From Thermofilum adornatum (lineage in GTDB: Archaea; Thermoproteota; Thermoprotei; Thermofilales; Thermofilaceae), in the NCBI RefSeq assembly GCF_000446015.1, contig NC_022093.1:1230001-1262000 (forward strand): a stretch of 32,000 nucleotides of DNA, written 5' to 3'. Shown here piece after piece: positions 25,522 through 32,000 of this stretch. A program made the position numbers and the translations under genes. The notes beneath the pieces are model-generated. The model searched no databases. It was given only the letters and a program-made list of their open reading frames with translations, and had not been told where the DNA came from. The stretch's first letter is position 1. Each line of letters begins with the position of its first letter.

Positions 25522-26148
25522 CTACAATAAGCCTTGCCATTCTTTGAGGAATCTATCTATAAACTCCAACATGTAGCGGTGCCTTTCTTCAGCGATCTTT
25601 TTCGCAGGCTCCGTGTTCAGTGTGTCCTTTATCTTGAGAAGCTTCTCGTAGAAATGATTTATAACGGTCTCAGAGTAACCGTCATATTCGGGCTTCGGCG
25701 GCTTCTCCGGGTCCCAGAAAGGTGTGTTCATCCAGCCTCCCCTAGCGAAGGCCCTCGCTATGCCGATAGCTCCAATTGCGTCAAGCCTATCTGCGTCCTG
25801 CAGTATCTGTGCCTCTATGGTTCGCGGCTTTTCACCTTTCCTAAACCTGTGTACACTTATACAGTAGGCAACTTCATCTATTTTTTCTTTGGGAAAATTC
25901 AATTTTTCAAGAATCTCTCTCGCTATTTTCGCTCCCTCATACGCGTGATCCTCTATATGTCCTTCGTCCTCCAAGTGTCGAGCAACGTCGTGTAGTATCG
26001 TTGCTATCTTTAGAACTTCTAGGTCGACACTGCCCGGAAGCTCACGGGCAATCCGCATGGCAAGGTTGTAGACCCTTTCCACGTGGGAGAAATCGTGGTG
26101 CGAAGACCTATAATGCTTCATGGCTTCGTCCAGTATTTTCTTAAGCAT
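25522..26148 (-). CDS. HD-domain metal-dependent phosphohydrolase (YpgQ/YedJ-like small HD protein)
   Basis: H...HD motif (FSHVERV...ILHDVARH), a later QDADRLDAIGA block, and a C-terminal helical tail. ATG at 26148 is preferred; the TTG at 26211 (ORF track) adds 21 aa. Confidence 0.8.
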   Translation of the reverse strand: MLKKILDEAMKHYRSSHHDFSHVERVYNLAMRIARELPGSVDLEVLKIATILHDVARHLEDEGHIEDHAYEGAKIAREILEKLNFPKEKIDEVAYCISVHRFRKGEKPRTIEAQILQDADRLDAIGAIGIARAFARGGWMNTPFWDPEKPPKPEYDGYSETVINHFYEKLLKIKDTLNTEPAKKIAEERHRYMLEFIDRFLKEWQGLL

Positions 26149-26248
26149 TACATCCCGCGACGCATCTCTCCTAAGCTCACTATAGGCACTATTCACGTGA
26201 CGTTTCCCCAACCAAATAGCTTATATCTTTGTCTCCAACAACAAGGCT

Positions 26249-27907
26249 ATGCCGACCAAGTTCGTATTCGTGACTGGTGGAGTCGTTAGTGGCCTGGGCA
26301 AAGGAGCTGTAGCGGCCAGTATCGGCAAGATAATGCAGTTCCGCGGATACAAGGTTGACATGATAAAGATAGACCCATACCTGAACGTCGACCCTGGCAC
26401 ACTTAACCCAATCGAACACGGCGAAGTATTTGTATGCGAAGACGTCTGGGAGTTCGAGCCCGCACCCGGCTACAAGTTCAGGATAGCCGAGATCGACCAG
26501 GACTTCGGGACCTATGAGCGTTTCCTCGACATAAATATGCACCCCTCAAACAACATCACGAGTGGACAGGTTTACCTAAGCGTTATTCTAAAGGAGAGGA
26601 TAGGGGAATATCTTGGGAAAACCATACAGGTGATCCCACACATAACAGGCGAAATCAAGCGCAGGATAAGGCAGGTAGCAGAAAGGAGCAAGCCCGATGT
26701 TCTGATAGTAGAAATAGGAGGCACCGTAGGGGACATAGAGGCAATGCCCTTCTTGGAAGCCATAAGGCAGTTTAGGCTCGAGAACCCCCCTGGACATACA
26801 GCCCTGGTTCACGTCACGCTGGTTCCATACCTATCCAGTATTGGGCAACTAAAGACAAAGCCTACACAGCACAGCATAAAGGAGCTACAGAGCATGGGCC
26901 TCCAGCCAGACATAGTCATCGCGAGAGCAGACAGAGAACTCCCAGAGGACGTAAAAGAAAAAATAGCCCTCTACTCAAACATCCCGTGGGAAGCTGTTTT
27001 CTCGGATCCAGACCTCGAAACAGTATACAAGTTACCCATCATACTTGAAAAGCAGGGACTGGGAACATACCTCACAAAGATACTAGGCTTGGAGAACAAC
27101 ATTCAACTACAAGAATATGACAAGTGGCAAAGCATAGTAGAAAAATTTGTCTCAGCTAAAGGGGAAGTCGTCATAGCGATGCCTGGAAAATACACAATGA
27201 TACAGGACAGCTATATCAGCATAAACGAGGCCCTAAGCCACGCAGGGGCACATCTAGGAGTAAAGGTGAAGAGGATATTTATTGAGGCTGAAGACCTAGA
27301 AGAAAAACCCGAAAAAGTCGAGTCTCTCATCGAGAACGCTGACGGTATACTGCTAACCCCAGGCTTTGGAAAAAGAGGAGTAGAGGGAATGATCCAAGCA
27401 GCGCGTTACGCAATCGAAAACTCAAAGCCATTCCTTGGAATATGCTTTGGAGCCCAGCTACTATTCATTGCGTTTATGAGATACAAGGCAGGCTTGCGAG
27501 AGGCCAACTCTACCGAGATAGACCCCAATACTCCTCACCCAGTCGTAGACCTTCTGCCAGAACAGAAGTCCCTACAGTGGTTCGGGGGGACGATGAGGCT
27601 TGGAGCGCATCCTGTAAAGGTAATCCCTGGCACAAGGCTCTACGAGGCATATAAACAGGAGGTCATCTACGAAAGGTTCAGGCACCGCTACCATATCAAT
27701 ACAAAGTACCGTGAAATAGCTGAAAACCACGGCCTAGTAATATCCTCGACAGACCTTTCGGGAAACATTATCAACTCGATAGAGGTCAAAGGCGACTCTT
27801 GGATAGTTGGAGTCCAGTTCCACCCAGAATTCAAGAGCAGGCCAAACAGGCCTTCGCCGATTTACCTAGAATTTATCAAGGCAGTAACTCTCGAAAAGAA
27901 GAACTAA
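26249..27907 (+). CDS. pyrG: CTP synthase
   Basis: N-terminal KFVFVTGGVVSGLGKG and the glutamine amidotransferase domain with GICFGAQ and HPEF. Confidence 0.95.
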   Translation: MPTKFVFVTGGVVSGLGKGAVAASIGKIMQFRGYKVDMIKIDPYLNVDPGTLNPIEHGEVFVCEDVWEFEPAPGYKFRIAEIDQDFGTYERFLDINMHPSNNITSGQVYLSVILKERIGEYLGKTIQVIPHITGEIKRRIRQVAERSKPDVLIVEIGGTVGDIEAMPFLEAIRQFRLENPPGHTALVHVTLVPYLSSIGQLKTKPTQHSIKELQSMGLQPDIVIARADRELPEDVKEKIALYSNIPWEAVFSDPDLETVYKLPIILEKQGLGTYLTKILGLENNIQLQEYDKWQSIVEKFVSAKGEVVIAMPGKYTMIQDSYISINEALSHAGAHLGVKVKRIFIEAEDLEEKPEKVESLIENADGILLTPGFGKRGVEGMIQAARYAIENSKPFLGICFGAQLLFIAFMRYKAGLREANSTEIDPNTPHPVVDLLPEQKSLQWFGGTMRLGAHPVKVIPGTRLYEAYKQEVIYERFRHRYHINTKYREIAENHGLVISSTDLSGNIINSIEVKGDSWIVGVQFHPEFKSRPNRPSPIYLEFIKAVTLEKKN

Positions 27908-27984
27908 GCCAGAGCCAGGCTGTATTGTCCCTACACTGCTGACATACCTAGATGGTTTATAAATGTTTTTGTTAATAAAATAAT

Positions 27985-28005
27985 GTTTGGGAAAATTTTT
28001 ATATA
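27985..28005 (+). promoter_or_regulatory. GTTTGG half-site plus TATA box (TTTTTATATA, 27996-28005) upstream of the solitary sugar ABC ATPase
   Basis: Read directly from the sequence. ATGTTTGG (27983-27990) is identical to 12565-12572. The TATA box is followed by a GAGGTG Shine-Dalgarno-like element and the TTG start. Confidence 0.35.
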
Positions 28006-28042
28006 GAGATAAAGGCCAAAATATTACGAGAGGTGCAAAGTC

Positions 28043-29134
28043 TTGGCTAAAGTTGTAGTCAAGGATCTCGTGAAAACTTTTGGAAAAGTCGTAGCTGTCA
28101 ACAAGGTATCGTTTGAGGCGAGAGACGGAGAGTTCCTTGTCCTGCTGGGTCCAAGCGGCTGTGGAAAAACTACCACGCTCAGAATGGTTGCAGGCCTTGA
28201 AACACCTGACGAGGGCGAAATATACATTGGCGACAAGCTGGTAAATGATCTTCCCCCGAAAGACAGAGACGTTGCGATGGTTTTCCAGAACTACGCTCTC
28301 TACCCACACATGAAGGTCTATGATAACATTGCTTTCCCCCTTAGGATTAGGAAACTGCCAAAAGAAGAAATAGATAAAAGGGTACGAGAAGTTGCAAAAC
28401 TTCTCCGCATAGAAGAACTGCTTGACAGGTATCCCAGGCAACTCAGCGGTGGCCAACAGCAGAGAGTCGCCCTGGGGAGGGCGCTCGTGAGACAGCCACA
28501 GGTCTTCTTGATGGACGAGCCGTTAAGCAACCTCGACGCAAAGCTTAGAGTATACATGCGTGCAGAACTCAAGAGACTTCAGAGGGAACTAGGCATAACA
28601 ACTATCTATGTGACACACGACCAGGCAGAAGCAATGACAATGGCAGATAGAGTGGCAGTCATGAATGAGGGAAAAATTATGCAGCTAGCTGAGCCAGCCG
28701 AACTCTACTTTAAGCCAGCCAACACTTTTGTCGCAGGCTTCATAGGCGCGCCAGCCATGAACTTTATCAATGCATCGCTCTCAATAAAGGGTGACGAGGC
28801 ATACCTAGATACTGGAGTATTCAAGGTTAAGCTTCCAAAGGATCTGTCAGAAATAATGATAAAATCAGGCGCCCCCTCAGAAGTCATATTCGGAATACGC
28901 CCCGAACACATAATCGTGGATAAAAAGCCGTTCCAAGACAGCTATCAAGTAGAAGTCTTCGTAACAGAGCCCCTGGGCTCAGAGACAATAATTGACTTCA
29001 AGCATGGAGACTCAATATTGAAAGCTAAATATCCCGGCCACTTCGAAGCTACTCCCGGAGAAAAAATCTACATAGGCTTCCAGTACCAGCACATACACAT
29101 CTTCGACAAAGCAACTGGAAACGCAATAATATAA
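28043..29134 (+). CDS. MalK/UgpC/MsiK-type sugar ABC transporter ATP-binding protein (solitary)
   Basis: Walker A GPSGCGKTT, Q-loop, LSGGQQQRVALGRAL, FLMDEPLSNLD, H-loop VTHD, and a C-terminal TOBE-like regulatory domain. The TTG start at 28043 lies 7 nt after GAGGTG (28030-28035). Confidence 0.9.
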   Translation: MAKVVVKDLVKTFGKVVAVNKVSFEARDGEFLVLLGPSGCGKTTTLRMVAGLETPDEGEIYIGDKLVNDLPPKDRDVAMVFQNYALYPHMKVYDNIAFPLRIRKLPKEEIDKRVREVAKLLRIEELLDRYPRQLSGGQQQRVALGRALVRQPQVFLMDEPLSNLDAKLRVYMRAELKRLQRELGITTIYVTHDQAEAMTMADRVAVMNEGKIMQLAEPAELYFKPANTFVAGFIGAPAMNFINASLSIKGDEAYLDTGVFKVKLPKDLSEIMIKSGAPSEVIFGIRPEHIIVDKKPFQDSYQVEVFVTEPLGSETIIDFKHGDSILKAKYPGHFEATPGEKIYIGFQYQHIHIFDKATGNAII

Positions 29135-29161
29135 AAAAGGAAACTTGTTATTTTTGCAAAG

Positions 29162-29524
29162 CTATTTTGCCTCGTCCTCGAAATCAAAGCTTCCTTTTCC
29201 GTAGCCTTTAACGGTAACCTCGACTACGACTTTATGCTTGCCTGGCGAAAAGTTGCCGGGCACAATTATTTCGACGTCTGTCCCAACGGGAATCTCAAAA
29301 GTGTTTGTCTCGGACACGTCTGAAGACTTAATCGTCTTGTCGCCGACCTTTATTGTTATCTGGCTCGGGTCAATATCCACCCCGTCTATTTTTAGCCTCA
29401 AAGGCTCGTTTACCGTGGCAGTTGCAAGGTTATTCCTAAGCTTAAACGAGAGTGCACCTCCCTCGATTTTCATGCTTCCCTTGACATAGAGCCTTCTCAA
29501 AAGGGCTTTCGGAAGATAGGCCAT
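29162..29524 (-). CDS. Small hypothetical protein, predicted all-beta
   Basis: 120 aa from the ATG at 29524 (MAYLPKALLRRLYVKGS...), with alternating beta-strand-like pattern and an acidic tail FDFEDEAK. I recognise no motif. The ORF-track start at 29569 adds 15 aa. Confidence 0.45.
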   Translation of the reverse strand: MAYLPKALLRRLYVKGSMKIEGGALSFKLRNNLATATVNEPLRLKIDGVDIDPSQITIKVGDKTIKSSDVSETNTFEIPVGTDVEIIVPGNFSPGKHKVVVEVTVKGYGKGSFDFEDEAK

Positions 29525-29581
29525 TGTAACCAAAAATATTTGTAAACTAAAAAATTTATACTTTTCCATGAATCAATAATT

Positions 29582-30286
29582 ATGCCTGGGAAAAACTTTC
29601 TACTAACGGGTCACAGGGGGGCACCAGTCCTCGAGCCAGAAAACACTCTGCCCTCGTTCCTGAAAGCCGTCGAGTGTAGCGCCACAGGGATTGAGTTCGA
29701 CGTTAGAATAACTAAGGACGGTATACCAGTTATTTCCCACGACGACGAGCTAGAAAGAACACTAGGCACAAACCAAAAAATCAGCGAGACCACATATCCA
29801 GAGCTTCTACGCCTCAGCATACAGGGCAAAGCAAAGATACCGACACTACGCGAAGTTCTCGCACTGGCAAAGGGAAGGCTCAGCATAGACATAGAGCTGA
29901 AGGTGACAGGGGCAGAAAGAGAAGTCGTGGACGCCCTACGGGAACTCGAGATGATCGACGATGCAATCGTTACATCCTTCATCCCAGAGGCAATTAGACG
30001 CGTGAAAAACCTCGAGCCAAGACTGAGTATTGGAGTGTTACTGGAGGAATGGGACGACGAGTACCTAGAAATAGCGAGAAACCTGGGGGCAGAAGCCATA
30101 CTCCCCTACTACGAGATTCTCGACAAAGACTTGGTATCAAAGATAAAGTCAAATGGCTACAAGATTATCACGTGGACGGTAGACGACCCCAGCATAGCCC
30201 AGAAACTCTTAGACATGGGCATCGAGGGCGTAATAACAAACAATCCGTGCGCTCTAAGACACATACTTCACAAGAAGAGTCCATGA
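29582..30286 (+). CDS. Glycerophosphodiester phosphodiesterase (GDPD family)
   Basis: GHRGAP..PENTLPSF and IEFDVRITKDGIPVISHDD are the two catalytic-His GDPD blocks. TIM-barrel size (234 aa). Confidence 0.85.
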   Translation: MPGKNFLLTGHRGAPVLEPENTLPSFLKAVECSATGIEFDVRITKDGIPVISHDDELERTLGTNQKISETTYPELLRLSIQGKAKIPTLREVLALAKGRLSIDIELKVTGAEREVVDALRELEMIDDAIVTSFIPEAIRRVKNLEPRLSIGVLLEEWDDEYLEIARNLGAEAILPYYEILDKDLVSKIKSNGYKIITWTVDDPSIAQKLLDMGIEGVITNNPCALRHILHKKSP

Positions 30287-31208
30287 AAATGTCAAAATTT
30301 TTCCCAGCCAAATATCTCAGTATCTCTTCTTAGCCTTAATCTACACCTTTGCCCTGAGCGTCTAGTCCACGCCTAGCACCATAGAAATCCTAGAGCTAAA
30401 AACAAGCATTGGCACTATACAGAGCGGCGTTTTTCTCCAGAGGAAAAACCGGACATTTTATCCAGGGGAAGAAATTTCAGTGAGGATAACTCTAAAAGCA
30501 AAAACACCTAGCCAGACAAACAACGTAATAACCCTGAGTGTCTACTTGGCAAATCCACTCGGCATAGTAATCTTTGACGACTCAAAGAACTTAACTCTTA
30601 CCCAGACAGGAATCGTTGAGGCCTTCGAAGCAATTTTTACATATAGTCTTCCAGAGACAGCCCTAAGAGGCTACTACCAGGTTTACGTCCAAGCATCAGC
30701 CGCGGGCACCAGCAGAAAGACTCAAGACTCATTCTTTTATAACGGCTATGTCGACCGAGAAAACATAGTCGAACTCAACTGGACCCTCAAGCTGACAGGG
30801 CAAGGAGAAGTAAAAGAGCTCAAGATCGCTCTTCCCTGGATCTTAGACCTAGAGCAACCAGTAGGCCCCATAATCTCGCCGAAACCGAGCAAAATAGAAG
30901 TAGACCCCTACGGAAACAGGTACGCTGTTTATCAAAACATAAAAGTAACAAATACCCCCTTTACTTTGAAATTTAGGCTGGTAGCGCTACAGGAGATAAA
31001 AATCATCAATGAGAGCATACCTCTTAGCGCCCTAAAAAGTCTCCCCGACGAGGTAAAGCCTTTTCTCAAACCGTCCCCTTACATAGAGAGTGATTCCCCC
31101 GAGATAGCCGCAATAGCCTCAAGTATGCTTCAAGGAACAACAACTATTAACTTTTCCAATGTCGGAAAAAACCTTAATAAGTCTTTTATGTCCATTAAGT
31201 TGGGATGA
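30283..31208 (+). pseudogene. Decayed gene for a secreted protein (possibly transglutaminase-like N-terminal region): frameshift, in-frame stop and 3' truncation
   Basis: The ATG at 30283 overlaps the GDPD stop (ATGA) and reads MKMSKFFPAKYLSISS, then TAG (30331-30333). Frame 3 carries a signal-like QYLFLALIYTFALSV, then TAG (30363-30365), and is then open to 31208 with no ATG/GTG/TTG before the GTG at 30480. One extra T in the T5 run (30298-30302) would fuse the ATG to the hydrophobic segment. Confidence 0.45.
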
Positions 31209-31322
31209 CGACCAACCGGAAGGCTTGCGGAGGCATGAAGAGTGCGGCCGTAGCTGACTTCTCGCATTAATATTTCCCTGTAAAAGAGAAAAATTATATA
31301 CTTTTACTGGTCATCGAAAAGT

Positions 31323-32000
31323 GTGAAGGTTCTAGTAACAGGTGGAGCAGGATTCATTGGTAGCTTCTTAGCCGAAAAGCTCCTACAAAAAGGCTTCGAA
31401 GTAAAGATTCTCGATAATTTTTCCACTGGTACTTTAAAGAACCTATCTCACATTCAAGACCAAGTCGAAATAGTCAGAGGAGACATAAGGAGTCCACAAG
31501 ACCTAGAAAAGGCAATAAATGGAGTAGACGCAGTCTTCCATTTTGCGGCTAACCCAGAGGTCAGGATTGGCGACCCAGGAGAACACTTCGAACACAACAT
31601 CCTTGCAACTTATCTCTTGCTAGAGACCATGAGAAAGAAAAATGTAAAAGATATTGTTTTTGCCTCGTCGAGCACTGTCTATGGCGATGCACAAAAGCTA
31701 CCAACGCCAGAGGACAGCGCTTTAAAGCCTATCTCTGTCTATGGCGCATCCAAGCTTGCATGCGAGTCACTAATTTCGTCCTATGCACACACTTACGGGT
31801 TCAAGGGCGTGGCTCTCCGCTATGCAAACGTTGTGGGTCCCCGGGCCACAAGAGGGGTCATTAAAGACTTTATCCTTAAGCTCAAGGCTAACCCGAGGGA
31901 GCTCGAGATACTTGGGGACGGGACACAGACAAAGAGCTATATCTGGATAGACGACGCAGTCGATGCTACTATTTTCGCTTGGGAGAGAACCATCGAAGGC
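31323..32000 (+). CDS. NAD-dependent epimerase/dehydratase (UDP-glucose 4-epimerase-like SDR), 3' end outside window
   Basis: GTG start, then KVLVTGGAGFIGSFLAEKLL (Rossmann GxxGxxG) and the extended-SDR catalytic YGASKLACE (YxxxK). It is open to the window edge and absent from the ORF track because no stop is reached. Confidence 0.85.
   Translation, partial: MKVLVTGGAGFIGSFLAEKLLQKGFEVKILDNFSTGTLKNLSHIQDQVEIVRGDIRSPQDLEKAINGVDAVFHFAANPEVRIGDPGEHFEHNILATYLLLETMRKKNVKDIVFASSSTVYGDAQKLPTPEDSALKPISVYGASKLACESLISSYAHTYGFKGVALRYANVVGPRATRGVIKDFILKLKANPRELEILGDGTQTKSYIWIDDAVDATIFAWERTIEG

Noticed and set aside
27866-28456. 196-aa minus-strand ORF spanning the pyrG 3' end, the intergenic region and the first 414 nt of the sugar ABC ATPase
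   Set aside because: It runs antisense to a Walker A/Q-loop-containing ATPase and across a TATA-box promoter. It has no recognisable motifs and is probably a chance open frame.
29611-30099. 162-aa minus-strand ORF inside the GDPD gene
   Set aside because: It is antisense to a gene with both GDPD catalytic blocks, and its translation is Ser-rich and low-complexity.
1-32000. CRISPR arrays, IS elements or transposases, integrases, prophage or defence-system genes, rRNA and tRNA genes
   Set aside because: No regularly spaced direct repeats, no terminal inverted repeats flanking the low-GC block, and no ORF with transposase, integrase, nuclease-helicase or other defence hallmarks were found by reading the ORF set and intergenic regions. 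This was an absence judged by eye only.

Overview
This 32 kb window looks like chromosomal DNA from a thermophilic archaeon, probably a crenarchaeote; that assignment is inference. It rests on A/T-rich TATA-like boxes about 22-30 nt upstream of many start codons (leaderless-style), oligo-T tracts after genes, a membrane-tethered solute-binding protein with a Pro/Thr/Gln linker, a KaiC-like ATPase, an HTH_10 regulator and a KDG-aldolase-like DapA homologue. I call 31 protein-coding genes, two of them cut by the window edges, plus one decayed gene. I saw no rRNA, tRNA, CRISPR array, transposase or integrase.

Layout:
- 1-3562: partial MFS transporter, then an ABC-2 exporter operon (ATPase plus two permeases).
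- 3782-5560: alpha/beta-hydrolase fused to a polytopic membrane domain.
- 5850-8340: flavoredoxin-like protein, KaiC-like ATPase, a long non-coding spacer, and a HAD hydrolase.
- About 8.4-18.3 kb: a visibly lower-GC carbohydrate or sugar-acid island. It holds an HpcH-type aldolase, a D-2-hydroxyacid dehydrogenase, an HTH_10 regulator, two paralogous FGGY kinases, a KDG-aldolase-like class I aldolase, and a CUT1 ABC importer with no ATPase.
- 18386-19657: OFA-type MFS transporter.
- 19752-27907: colinear pyrF-pyrE-pyrB-pyrI-pyrC-pyrK-pyrD, an oppositely oriented HD phosphohydrolase, then pyrG.
- 28043-32000: solitary MalK/UgpC-like ATPase, a small beta-rich protein, a glycerophosphodiesterase, a decayed secreted-protein gene, and a partial NAD-dependent epimerase.

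The best lead for something undescribed is the low-GC island. Its enzyme set does not map onto a textbook pathway, and a CCAAAC/GTTTGG palindromic motif sits directly upstream of the TATA boxes of its promoters, including a perfect 10+10 bp palindrome at 13505-13526. There is no clear-cut defence or mobile system. All functional calls come from motif recognition by eye and need a homology search to confirm.
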